Origin: Octopus sinensis
Taxonomy: Eukaryota
NCBI RefSeq assembly: GCF_006345805.1
Contig: NC_043012.1
Location: 38,874,001 to 38,938,000 of the forward strand
Direction of reading: 5' to 3'
DNA length: 64,000 bases
Position 1 is the first letter of the stretch, and each line of letters starts with the position of its first letter. Positions 1 through 12,164 of the stretch are shown in pieces. The position numbers and the translations under genes were made by a program. The notes beneath the pieces were generated by a model. It saw nothing but the letters and a program-made list of their open reading frames with translations, was not told the DNA's origin and ran no database searches.

Positions 1-732
1 CCTTCTTCCTTATTACCTCGTATATACATATATATGTATGTGTGTGTGTGTATGTGTGTGTGTGTATGTGTGTGTGTGTGTGTTGTGTGTGTGTGTGTGT
101 GTGTGTGTGTATGCGTGCGTGTGTGTGTGTGAAGAGGTCGATTACCATTTCGTAGCTGAAAGTCGGAAAGGAACTACCACGCGACCTAATGGTTGTCTGC
201 ATGCACGTTTTACAGCATGAGGTTTCTCCTACCCGACTTCCAGACGTCTGAGACCACCCGAAACTCTGCCGCACATTCTGTCACACATTCATAGTCAGAG
301 GAATTAACGAGATACTCTCTTTAGAATCTCCAAAGATTATAATATTTAGACTGGGCGCCTTTTCTTTGCACAACAACATTCGAGATGGAATCAGTTTGTT
401 ACTGTTACTCGCTCATGACACCAGCATCACTAACAATAATTTGCTCACCTTATGCTGTTTATTCCTTATTTCTTTTACCATTGGTAACAGACTTACGTTA
501 TGTTTACGTAACACAGGGTAGAGACACCGGCGTTTCTTAATACAAGTACAACACCGATCATCCTGGCTTTGATAATCTGGAATCATATATAATCAGCACT
601 TATGCCAGACACGAGTTTAGAAGCCTATTAATACAAAACACTATTAATAAATTTGCATCCTTTATACTAATGTACTGATATCAGTATTTCAGTTACTTAT
701 AGAAGTAAAACTAGAATTTCTTTAATTGAGTA

Positions 733-1084
733 CAGTGATTATCATCCAGGACCTATGCGGCCTCTGAGGGTCCATATAAGAGTTTGATGGGGTCACGCAA
801 CAAAATAGTAATTTGGGAATCGACGTAAGTATTTTTATGACCCCTGAAAAATATCTGCTTTAGATATATGTAATGATATGTGTTTCAAGAAACCGCTAGG
901 TTTATTTCTTATTCAATATTTTACATTGTTCAACCTACACAAGTCTATGTGGGTAAAACAACACAGAAACCTTTTAAAGAAGTTTCTATAAAACTTGCTT
1001 TTAAACATCAAATGGCTATGGGGTTCAGCAGAATAAAATGGTAATGAAAACGGCCGACAGGTAAAAGATGGTTATGAATCCCTG
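733..1084. mobile_element. Degenerate hAT-like MITE
   Basis: The ends form a degenerate inverted repeat starting with CAG (cagtgattatcatcca vs revcomp cagggattcataacca, about 11/16 identical). It is non-coding and about 350 bp. The hAT assignment is an inference from the CAG terminus. Confidence 0.4.
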
Positions 1085-1830
1085 ATTTTGATGTTAATAT
1101 ATGCCCACGCCTTGTTCAGAAAAATCATGAGCGGATGGCAAGCAGGCTGCAGAGTCAAAGTGTTGGCGGATTATTGGTTTATTCAAATTGCTTCGAGACA
1201 CCAGACATGTGAAAAATCAATAATTAAGTTTTTATTAACATAATAATCAATTCTAACATAATTAAATGATATAAACATAATGTAATGAACATTAAATATT
1301 CAATTTAAAAATATCTATTCACTGTGAAAATGACAGCGTTATCACAATTTTATATTAATAATTTAGGTATGAGAGATAACTTAACACATCTTTCAATATT
1401 ATTAATTCTCTTTAGTTAATAATTGATTCTACTGTATTTTCCGAAGAAGTGTTGGGGTTCAGAGCAACGTTTATTAAATACGCAGTCATGTACAGACGAT
1501 GGTGACAAAATTAGCACAATTCCAAACAAAAACAAAATTGTCATTCATGTTAATTAGTCACAGGCGCCATCTATAAGCCTGGTTGAATAGTTACTGACTG
1601 GTCGATGGTTTAACCGGGCGACAGACGGAATTGACCGACTGGGTAATAGGTTAAATACAAGAGAATATGTGACAGGAATGGCAAATAAATCGATTGTTTT
1701 AAAAGATCAATGGAAAACATCTGTGAAATTTGTTTTAGACTGAGATAGTTAAAGTGTTTCTACACTGACTGGTGTTTAATATAGCAAATCTGATATGAGC
1801 AGAAGGAGGAAAAAGTGGAGGTAAATAATC

Positions 1831-2445
1831 TTTTCTACGATAAGCACAGGGGTTGAAATTTGGTGGAAGTTGAGGTTGATGATAACATCAACCCCAGTGT
1901 TCAACTGATACTTATTTTATCGACCCCGAAAGAATGAAAAGCAAAGTCAACCTCGGCGAAATTTGAACGCAGAACATAAAGACGGACGAAATGCCGCAAA
2001 AAAATGTTTGCCACGCGTGCTAACGATTCTTATTTCTTTACTGCCCACAAGGGGCTACACACAGAGAGGACAAACAAGGACAGACAAATGGATTAAGTCG
2101 ATTATATCAACCCCAGTACGTAACTGGTACTTATTTAATCGACCCCGAAAGGATGAAAGGCAAAGTCGACCTCGGCGGAATTTGAACTCAGAATGTAAAG
2201 ACAGACGAAATACCTATTTCTTTACTACCCACAAGGGGCTAAACACAGAGAGGACAACCAAGGACAGACTAACGGATTAAGTCGATTATAGTGACCCAAG
2301 TGCGTAACTGGTACTTAATTTATCGACCCCGAAAGGATGAAAGGCAAAGTCGCCCTCAGCGGAATTTGTGTTCAAGACGTAATGGCAGACGAAATACTGC
2401 TCAGCATTTTACCCGGTAAGCTAACGATTCTGCCAGCTTGCCGCC
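1831..2445 (-). mobile_element. tRNA-derived SINE family A (resembles octopus OK-type), three units in tandem
   Basis: The minus strand has the head ggcggcaagctggcagaatcgttagc, a B-box-like gagttcaaattcc and the body gtcgactttgcctttcatcctttcggggtcgat. The same body recurs more than 15 times in the window. Confidence 0.85.
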
Positions 2446-2469
2446 TTACGTTGAAATAAATAATAACAA

Positions 2470-2880
2470 TATCATTTAGAATTTTGGCACAAAGCGAAGA
2501 ATTTTGGGTTGTGGGGGGACAACTGGAGTACATCGACCACAGTATTTGACTAGTTCTTATTTAATCGACACCGACAAGATAAAAGCCTAAGTCGACCTCG
2601 GGGGAATTTGAGCTGAACGTCATTGAAGTTCCGCTAGACATTTCATCCGGTGCGACAACAATTCTGCCAGCTGCCGGCCCATTAATGATAATGCAAATTA
2701 TCACTTCTACTATAGGCACATGGCCTGCAATTTTGTAGGGAAGGTCCTGGTCTCAACGCTGCTCAGCTTGTATTTATTTTATCGACCCCGAAAGAATGAA
2801 AGGATGAAAGTCGACCATGACAGAATTTGAATCTACAACGTAGCGACGGACAAAATACCGCTAAGCATTTCGTTCGGCGT
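2470..2880 (-). mobile_element. Two older SINE family A copies
   Basis: Diverged matches to the family A body (atcgaccccgaaagaatgaaagg, gtcgacc..gggaatttga). Confidence 0.75.
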
Positions 2881-3169
2881 GCAATATTAATAATAATAAT
2901 AATAATAGTAATAATAATAATAAATATAATATACTTGTATAACAGTTATCATATATATGTATATATATATGGATCAAAACAGTTTGATTATTGGTACTCC
3001 TGCGTTCCAAGAGCGATGCTAGTCGTCAACAACGCAGTTGATACTCAAGAGTACCGAGGAATTTGAATCAAACTGTTTTGATCGATAGATATAACTCCCA
3101 ATAATAAATTGGCTGAGTACCCTTTTATCGTTTGTCCATTCACTCGTATATTATATATTTATACATACA

Positions 3170-3249
<80 letters not shown>

Positions 3250-3252
<3 letters not shown>

Positions 3253-3345
3253 ACGGGAAGCTTTATGAAAATAAACAAAAGACGAAGGCAGGTGGAATAC
3301 AAACAAACAATTGTATTAGTATGGCGCTCAGGAAATATAAATAAA
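3250..3345 (-). mobile_element. Truncated 3' part of the short PLE-derived element family
   Basis: aaataaacaaaagacgaaggcaggtgg...tattagtatggcgctcaggaa matches the 3' parts of the copies at 56720-56810 and 58160-58250, and abuts a (TA)n run. Confidence 0.6.
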
Positions 3346-3354
3346 ACAATATGT

Positions 3355-3697
3355 AGGTGCAAGCGTGGCTGTGTGGTAAGTAGCTTGTTTACCAACCACA
3401 TGGTCCGGGTTCAGACCCACTACGTGGCACCTTGGCCAAGTGTCTTCTACTATAGCATCGGGCCGACCAAGGACTTGTGAGTGGATTTGGTAGAAGAAAA
3501 CTGAAAGAAGCCCGTCGTATATATGTATATATATACATGTATGTGTGTGTGTTTGTGTGTCTGTGTTTGCAAAAGAGACCGATAGAATAAATACTAGGCT
3601 TACAAAGAAAAAGTCCTGGGGTCGATTTCCTCGACTAAAAGCGCGCTCCAGCATGGCTGCAGTCGGGTGACTGAATCAAGTAAATGAGTAAAGAGAG
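3355..3697 (+). mobile_element. tRNA-derived SINE family C (CORE-like, ccttggccaagtgtctt)
   Basis: Head gcgtggctgtgtggtaag..ggttcagaccc, an internal (TA/TG) microsatellite and the tail gctccagcatggc..gactga..aagtaaa. Other copies are at 25497, 39095, 49790 and 58345. Confidence 0.8.
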
Positions 3698-3779
3698 TAA
3701 TATATACAATGTGACAGAGACAGAAAATGTGATGCTTATAGTATGTACATATCTATGTATATAAGCATGTATTGACATA

Positions 3780-3864
<85 letters not shown>

Positions 3865-3980
3865 ATATATATATATATATTATATATATATATATTATAT
3901 ATATATATACATATATATGTACTCACTCTTTTCCATGTCATATATGAGTATATATGCATATTTATATGCTATATATGAGT

Positions 3981-4023
<43 letters not shown>

Positions 4024-4099
4024 CATACATGCATATGTGTATGTACGTATGTGACAGTGTATGAATAAATGTATGTAGGTGTGCGTAAAGACTGCAGAA

Positions 4100-4520
4100 A
4101 ATTACGTTAATGAGGTTTTCATGTCTGTTTTGATAACGCCAACTTTTTCAAATTCTGGAGCTAAATTAGTTGCCGAAAGCAGACAATAATATTTCAAATC
4201 TGAAGCAGTTAGCTGTGACGTCATTTTATATTTTAATTAGTTTCATGCATGAAAATATTTGCTCACATCTAAACGTCGTTCCGAAACGAAAGATATAGCT
4301 GTGGAAAACTCTTTTTGTCATTGTTTTTCTTGTTTGTAATTTTTTCTTTTTTGTAGTTCTGCAAAATATGTTTTGGGTGAATGATCGGTTGGAATTAATC
4401 ATGTAAACAACAATTTTAACAGAGCAAAGCTCATCAAATTTCGTTTTCAATAGCGAAGTTGTTATGAAATCAATAAGCACTACTTGTGTGTCGGCATGAT
4501 TATCTTGTTCACTAAGTGAA
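4100..4520 (-). pseudogene. hAT transposase C-terminal dimerisation-domain remnant (Buster/SPIN/GTF2IRD2-like)
   Basis: The minus-strand translation FGTTFRCEQIFSCMKLIK continues after a frameshift as KMTSQLTASDLKYYCLLSATNLAPEFEK. This matches the hATC motif FGSTYxCEQxFSxMKxxKxxxRSxLTD. Confidence 0.75.
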
Positions 4521-4614
4521 AATGAGTTAAAAAAAAAATGTGAGTATTCAGTCTTAGTAAAATCACTGAAATTACATTTAAAAGACTTTTGTAATAATTA
4601 TTATTACGCTTCAT

Positions 4615-4819
4615 AAGGCAGCGTAATACTGGCAAAATCGGTGGCACCCCGGGTAGAACTGCTTTCCATCCGTCTTTTTGTTCTCAGTTCAAATTCCGCC
4701 GAGGTTGACTTTGCCTTTCATCCTTTCGGCATCAATTAAATAAGTACCAGTTAAACACTGGGGTCAATGTAATCAACTAGTCCCTTCCCCATAATTTCAG
4801 GCCTTGTGCCTATAAAAGA

Positions 4820-4822
<3 letters not shown>
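4615..4822 (+). mobile_element. SINE family A copy
   Basis: ctggcaaaatcgg...ctcagttcaaattccgccgaggttgactttgcctttcatcctttcgg. Confidence 0.8.
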
Positions 4823-4850
<28 letters not shown>

Positions 4851-4877
4851 TTATTATTATTATTATTTTATTATTTT

Positions 4878-5538
4878 ATGTTTCATCTTTATCTTTGTTA
4901 CAAGACCCACCCAGCATCCGGGGGTGAGTGAGGGATAATAGACTGAAACGTTGCGGAGAAGTGGCAAGGGCAGTAGCGGAATATCTTCGCGTACTACAAT
5001 ATATATCTTTAAGTTGATAGGGTTTTTTTCTAAGCATGTCGGCAGTACTATCTTTTGGATTCCTCTGAGACATGGTTCTCCTGGAATCTTATCTAGGTGT
5101 TCCTGATACCCCCCTTTTTTATCATAACTAGAGCACCTACAATTACAGGGACAGTTCTTACTTTAAGATACCAAATCTTTTGTATTTCAATTTCCAGGTC
5201 CTTATATTTACTGAGTTCGTCAAATTCCTTTCCAGATATATTTTTATGAGTGATAACACTGAACTTGCCTCTTGCAAAGGTTGCTTTAGCACACATATTA
5301 AGCTCAAAGTCCAACCCGATGTCATTATTGAATCCTTTAATAATTGTTAGCAGCCCTACTTGGCTCTTCGTCATTTCTAGCAAACAGCTTCAGATCGTCC
5401 GTACAAAAAAAAGATGCTTTATCGTATTGTAAACTTTCAAACCCAGACCAGGTCTTTTTTAGTTCGTTTGAGAGTGGGAGGGTACCAGGAAAAAGAGTAA
5501 TGGCGAAAGAGAGTCATCTTGAAAGATGCCTCGTTTTA
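4878..5538 (-). mobile_element. R4/Dong-type RLE non-LTR retrotransposon, 5'-truncated and internally deleted
   Basis: The minus strand encodes an RT piece (IKRGIFQDDSLSPLLF...TDDLKLFARN...CAKATFARGK) fused directly to the endonuclease C-terminus (LSKYKDLEIEIQKIW..VPVIVGALVMI). Both ends lie in (TAA)n-type repeats. Confidence 0.85.
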
Positions 5539-5602
5539 TTATTATTATTGTTGTTGTTGTTGTTGTTGTTGCTGCTGCTGTTGTTGTTTTGTTATTGTTA
5601 TT

Positions 5603-5633
<31 letters not shown>

Positions 5634-5664
5634 TTATTATTATTATTATATTATTATTATTATT

Positions 5665-7777
5665 CAGTAGTTTTATTTTTATAGCGTGCTTTCACTTCAC
5701 TACCGAGCACAGCTCTGTCTTGGGTATGTGCTGTGATTTGTTGTGATGCTCTGATGGTTATTGTATGGAAAGTGTTCTGCGTAGGATGTGTGCAGTGCCT
5801 AGTAGTGCAATTTTCTGTATGTTATATGTGTTTGTAAGTCCTGGTGTTTTTGTTATGTATTTGTCTTAATTTTTTTTTTTATCATGCCTAATGCACCTAC
5901 TATGATAGGAATTGTTTCTGTTTTCAGATTCCACATTCTAGTTACCTCTATTTCCAGGTCTTTGTATTTTGAGAGTTTCTCCATTTCTTTTAGAGGCACG
6001 TTGTCATCAGCCGGTATTGATACATCAAATTAGAAAGCATTTTTTTTCTTCATGATCTCTGACAACTATATCTGGTCTGTTGGCCTTAATTCTCTATCTG
6101 TGTGTATCGGCATATCCCAGAGTATGGTTGCTTTCTCGTTTTCTGTGACTTTTCTGGTGTGTGCCTATACCATCTTTTTTCTGTTGTTATTCCATAATGT
6201 TGGCATAGCTTCCAATGTATGTAGGTTCCAACTCTGTCATGTCTGTGAATATATTCCTTCTTAGCCAAGACGGGGCAGCTAGAGATAATATGATTTATTG
6301 TTTCTTGTCCATCTCCACATATTCTGCAGTTACTTGTAATATTTCTTTTCATTACATGTTTTTGGAATTTCTGGTGGGGAGGCTTTGGTCTTGTGCTGCA
6401 ATTAAAAATCCCTCTGTTTCTGCTTTGAGTCCTGAGCTTCTCAACCATTGCTGGGATTTTTCTTTTCTATTTCTTTTGCGTTTAGTTTAGTGCAGTATTT
6501 ACCATGAAGGGGCTTTTCTTGCCATCGTTTTATCATGGTTCGTTGCTGTTCTATTTTTAGTTTGGATTTCATTTGTTTTATAGCTTTTGTTGTTTCTTCA
6601 TCTTCTTCTTCTTCTTCTTCATGTTTATTAGGTGGTATGATTTCTTGTTTGTATTTGTCAGCTTCCTTAAATACTGAGAACAGTTTTTGTTTTGCTCGTG
6701 TTTTGCTGCTATCTGGATCAGTTTTCCTTCCTTCTGAAGTAGATATTTTTGCAGTCCTATGGTGGTTATTTTATAGTAGTTTTCCAGCTGTATAAGGCCT
6801 CTACCACCTTCTATACGTTGTATATATAGTCTTTCTATGTCAGATTTTGGGTGATGCATCCTAGATCCTGTCATTATTTTTCTTGTTTTCCTATCTATTT
6901 TGGTCAGTCATTTCGTGTCCAGTTAAGGATATTGTAGCTGTAACTTATAACTGGGACAGCTAAAGTGTTGATACCTATATCTTGTTTTTAGCATTGAGCT
7001 CTGTGTTTAGTATTGATCTAACTCGTCTATAATATTCTTTTTTTATTTTCTCTTTCATTTGTGTTTGTTGTGTCTTATCTAGTTCATGGATTCCTAAGTA
7101 TTTGTAAGTTTGGCTTTGGTCTAATTCTTTTATTTCATTGGTTTTATCTAGTGTGATGTTGTTACTCTTAACTAGTTTTCCTCTTTTCATGGTTACTTTG
7201 GCGCATTTTTCTAATCCAAATTTCATATCTATTTCTTTGGTAAATCCATGAATTGTCTTTAATAGTGTTTCCAGCTGTTTGTCATTTGCAGCGTATAGTT
7301 TTAAGTCATCCATATATAAAAGGTGGCTGATCGTTTTGCCGTAACATTTATATCCGCATCCAGTTCTATTTAGCATATCAGATAGAGGTGACAGTGCCAA
7401 TCAGAAAAGGAGTGGAGAGAGCGTGTCTCCCTGGAATATTCCTCTTCTAATGGGGATGTCTTTGGTTTTCATGAGTCCCTCTTTTGTTTGGAGGTGTAGG
7501 ACTGTTTGCCATTTATTCATAGAGTGCTCTATGAATTTTATGATTGTTGGTGCTACTTTGTTAATGGCTAGTGTTTCGAGGATCCATGTGTGGGGGATGC
7601 TATCAAACGCCCTTCTTTAGTCGATCCAGGCCATACTGAGACCTTTCTTCTTTCTGTGGCTGTCTTCAGTTATGGCTTTATTAACCATTAGTTGATCTTT
7701 ACAGCCATATGAGCCTTTGCGGCATCCTTTCTGCTCTTCTGGGAACAGTTTGTTTTCGTCTAGGTGCTTGTTCAGCC

Positions 7778-7778
<1 letters not shown>
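5665..7778 (-). mobile_element. R4/Dong-type RLE non-LTR retrotransposon, 5'-truncated, frameshifted
   Basis: RT motifs (EEQKGCRKGSYGCKDQL, AWID, HLLYMDDLKLY), a CCHC knuckle (CRICGDGQETINHIISSC), the RHD motif and the RLE region with KLSKYKDLEIE are all present. The 3' UTR ends in ...actactg(AAT)n and the 5' end is also in (AAT)n. Confidence 0.92.
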
Positions 7779-7868
<90 letters not shown>

Positions 7869-7889
7869 TATTATTATTGTCATCATTAA

Positions 7890-8070
7890 AGCAGCGAGCT
7901 GGCAGAATCATTTGCGCATTGAACAAAATGCTTTGCCGCACTTTGTCCCCCCTTTTTTCTGTTGTGAGTTCAAACTCCAGCCAGGTTGATGTTGCCTTTT
8001 ATCCTCCTGAGTTCGATAAAACAAGATATGTTGATTTCTGGGCTCGATTTAATCGATTTTCTCCCATAAA
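7890..8070 (+). mobile_element. Old SINE family A copy
   Basis: gcagcgagctggcagaatc...gagttcaaactcc. Confidence 0.65.
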
Positions 8071-8286
8071 ATGTCAAACTTTGTTCCTTAAGTAGAAAGG
8101 ACAGTCAGCCGGTGGCGCTTCTGTTTGTAAGACACGTTTTCCGCCGCTTATGTCTTTGACTGAACTGCAATCTTTGGTCTAGAATTGACTGGGATTAGTC
8201 TCCAGATGCCTGGAATATCGTCAGACTCTCATTACTCGAGCAGTTGGACAATAACGTCGCTGGAAGCTGCAAAGTAGTAATACACG

Positions 8287-8335
<49 letters not shown>

Positions 8336-8352
8336 TGTGTGTGTGTGTGTGT

Positions 8353-9125
8353 ATAGTGGTGGATAAAATAGATGACGTTCCCGGGGAAACTCTGGGCGTA
8401 GAGAAGGGCGAACCTGTTGGTTTATTACAGAGGACTTTCGGGCCTGGTACCACTATGGATTCCAGAAATTCCTGGTCTTGTATTGCTAACAAGAATGGCT
8501 GCCAGTTAGAAAGAGGCCCTTTAGGTCAGGAGGGCTGAGATGCGAGCAAAGTGACGAAACTTTTCTGCATGCAGCGTCCGAGTATTGCTGACTGGTAGAA
8601 TTATGTCGAATAGCTGTTGTCACGTGTGGAACATATCCGGCTATCAGCTGACTCTGTCGTAGGGACCGCCCTATGGCGAAAGAAGTTGTGTGATTGACGA
8701 GGTCAAAAGGATTCATGAAAGTCTCCTTCCTTTTCGGTGAAGCTCTCATCGACATTTTAAAGTGAGGAAGGAAAGGGAAAGGCTACCTTCCAGGGATTTG
8801 TGAAAAGATGGGTGACTGGCAAAAATGAATAGAGGGAATGACGCTACTCTAAGCATGCGACTGTTGGTACGAGAACAGGAGAGAGAGCTCGTGCCTTTGG
8901 TGGTCTGTGTAATCCTGGATCTGTGGGGCTCCTTGATTGGTCCAACATGGTGTTTCTCCTTTATCAGGACGACTGCATCGTTCATTTTATCTTATACTTT
9001 ATATACAATCTATATGTTTATTACAATTCATTGTCTCTTCCATTTTTGGCCCATCTTTTATATAAATTCACATACAGATCGTTTCCTGTCCTTGTGATGT
9101 TCCCCTCATCTACACCCTTGTAATA
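8353..9125 (+). mobile_element. Old Tx1/L1-type LINE 3' remnant
   Basis: Recognisably homologous to 52650-53200 (gactttcgggcct.., gctatggcgaaagaa.., ctgtcacgtgtgg). It carries a decayed zf-RVT-like region (C..C....ET..H). Confidence 0.65.
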
Positions 9126-9150
9126 GAAGTTGTTATTATTATTATTATTA

Positions 9151-9199
<49 letters not shown>

Positions 9200-10009
9200 T
9201 GTTACGATGTATTTTGTGAGATTGCCATCATAAACATCGCATTCATTCGACTCTTCTACGTGTGGAGACAGGTGCAAATACTCATTTTTTAACAGATACA
9301 TAAACACTTCTCATTTCATCTTGAATCTATTTGAATCATTTACTATACTACGAAACAATATGTTCTAGCTCTGTACAATCAAGCATAGGTTACTGAGAGG
9401 GTCGTTTACATCAGCCGAAACAAGTGAGCTTTCCCCTTGGAAGAAGCCGGCTACTTTACTCAAAACCGGGATTTCTTGAGAATCATGTTGCCCAGTGTCA
9501 TGGAACATAGGCTAAGAAATACCATACCAAAATGTATCTTTCCACATTTAAGACCGAGAATTCTAGAAAGGCAAGCGAACATACTTTGAATATACAGAAA
9601 CAATTCCATTGATGGATTTTGATAGAATTTGTACAAAATTTAGTGAAGTTAATACCTGTGTTTTTCTGTGAGTTAAAATAATTAATTACAAATAGTTACT
9701 GTTGTCAGTGTTGGTTTTACCACATCTGAACACACTTTAAACGTATTCAAGGCAGTTCTGTTATAAGGAAATTTCAATTAGCGACGTTGCTATCATTCTG
9801 AAAGCCATACTTATGACAGATGTTAAACAAACAGAACTGTGCCTTTGAAAGTGTCTGAAGTGGTTGTCACTTTAAACATTGCAGTTATACAAATACCACA
9901 TTTAGCAGTCGTGTGTTGGGAGAGGAAACATAATTATGTTTATTGTGGTGTCTCTTTCATCTGAGTTTTAACATTGTCACAATATACATACGTATATGTG
10001 CTTCTGTAC

Positions 10010-10126
<117 letters not shown>

Positions 10127-10293
10127 ATATGTATGTATTAGTATACGTGCATACACACATATATATATATTATAAATACGTCGATATGCGTATATGCATA
10201 AAGATATAAGTATGTGTAGATGTATTTGTAAATATGTGGGAGTGTACGTATATATACACAATCACACACACACACATATATATATATATAAGT

Positions 10294-10585
10294 GGAGGCG
10301 CAATGGCCCAGTGGTTAGGGTAGCGGACTCGCGGTCGGAGGATTGCAGTCTCGATTCTCAGACCAACCGTTGTGTGTGTTTATTGAGCGAAAACACGTAA
10401 AGGCTCCACGAGGCTCCGGCAGGGGCTGATGGTGACCCTTTCGCCATAACTTTCTCTCACTGTCTCTCCCTGTTTCTTGAGTAACGCTGCGATGGACTGG
10501 CGTCCTGTCCTGCTGGGGGGAAAACTTGCACCACAGAAACCGGGAAACTGGGCCCATGAGCCTGGCTAAGCTTGAAAAGGGCGAC
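10294..10585 (+). mobile_element. tRNA(Arg-like)-derived SINE family B (resembles octopus OR-type)
   Basis: Head ggaggcgcaatggcccagtggttagggtagcggactcgcgg with A-box and B-box-like motifs, followed by a non-tRNA body. Confidence 0.85.
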
Positions 10586-10914
10586 GAGGTAGGATATATG
10601 CATACACACGCACACAAACATACAAAATTATGATCTGCAACTTTAAGCAGTGACTCGAGAGCTGACTGTTTCGTATATGAAACTCCTATTCATCCTGTAT
10701 AATTACACTAAACCTGTAATTATAACTCATTTAATGCTACATTTTTAATGTTACTAACATTTTTGAGGCGGTAGAGTGTTACTGGAGAAGGAAAAGTGAA
10801 GACAGGGATACAGAGATACAATGATATATACATATATATAAAATATATATATATATATATATATATCTATATATATTATATATATATAGCTATATATATA
10901 TATATATATAGAGA

Positions 10915-10954
<40 letters not shown>

Positions 10955-10956
10955 GC

Positions 10957-11347
10957 TTGTTGTCGTCGTGGCACTCCGTCGGTTACGACGACGAGGGTTC
11001 CAGTTGATCCAAGGAACGGAACAGCCTGCTCGTGAAATTAACGTGCAAGTGGCTGAGCACTCCGCAGACACGTGTACCCTTAACGTATTTCTCGGAGAGA
11101 TTCGGCGTGACAAAGATTGTGACAAGGCCGGCCCTTTGAAATACAGGTACAACAGAAACAGGAAGAAAGGGTGAGAGAAAATTTTGGTGAAAGAGTACAG
11201 CAGAGTTCGCCCTCACCCACTGCTGAACATCATGGAGCTTTAGGTGTTTTCGCTCAATAAACACTCACAACGCCCGGTCTGGGTATCGTAACCCCAATCC
11301 TAATACTGCGTGTCCGCTGCCCTAACTACTGGGCCATTGCGCATCCA
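10957..11347 (-). mobile_element. SINE family B, long-tail form
   Basis: Same head on the minus strand. The tail ends ...cgtcgtaaccgacggagtgcca(cga/caa)n and is near-identical to the copy at 33495-33872. Confidence 0.85.
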
Positions 11348-12164
11348 CGATTCAGCTCGAATTACTAACATGACGAGTAAGAGGACGTGGGTTTCCAGCT
11401 AGGCCTATAAATCTTGACTGTACGTAAACATTGCAACGTTAAGCTTGTTTAATTTAACGTGGCAATGTAATAATTGAGACATTTGTAGGATTGTGTGGAT
11501 GAATAAACATATATCTCGAAACACTTATTAAACTGGCAGTGCTCCAGCATGGCCACAACATTTGGGCTGAATTATAAAAAATAAAAGAATAAAAGAACAT
11601 CGATGTTTGTAAGTATACATACTGCGTTTCTGTAAGATTCTTTCTGTGAATTTGTGTTTTTCTGCAAATCTTGTTTTGTTTCGAGAGAGTTATTATACCA
11701 ATAGTATTAACACACGCACTGGTTAAATACCACTTCATTATTAGTCAGTTGGTTAAATATCCAACTAACTAATCGATTGTTTGTGCAATTTGGTTAAACA
11801 GTACGTAACTTTTTTTGCTTTTGTCTGTCAAAGCTCTTTCGTGGCTACTTGTAAACTTTCCAATGACTTTCGACTTAGTCCCTTACTGACAAACAAAATC
11901 AAGAGAAATCACTTTCACTTTAACCAAATTAAACAAAAAAATCGATTAGTACTTAGCTTGATATTTAACAAATTGACTATTAATAGAGGAATGGAATTGA
12001 ATCAATGCGAGTGCTATTCTTTTATTCTTTTATTGGTTACAGCTCAAAGCTGCGGTCATGCTGCAGCACCACCGTTTTGTTACACTGGTATTATTGACAG
12101 CCTCCTCCGTTATGTGGCATAACGGAGCCTCCTCCGTTATGTGGCTGCTCTCATTTTTCGTCCC

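Noticed and set aside
225-700. Possible decayed PLE endonuclease region
   Set aside because: Only a vague resemblance (NTDHPGFDNLESYII); no GIY-YIG motif could be recovered.
1831-2880. Closely spaced repeats as a CRISPR-like array
   Set aside because: The units are long SINE bodies with tRNA-derived heads in eukaryotic DNA, with no repeat-spacer periodicity and no cas genes.
9388-9430. Hammerhead-like CTGAGAG...GCC-GAAAC
   Set aside because: The core is broken, stems I and II do not pair and the cleavage triplet would end in G.
10294-10370. tRNA gene calls for SINE heads (also about 35890-35965)
   Set aside because: A and B boxes are present, but I see no closing acceptor stem and each continues into a repeated SINE body.
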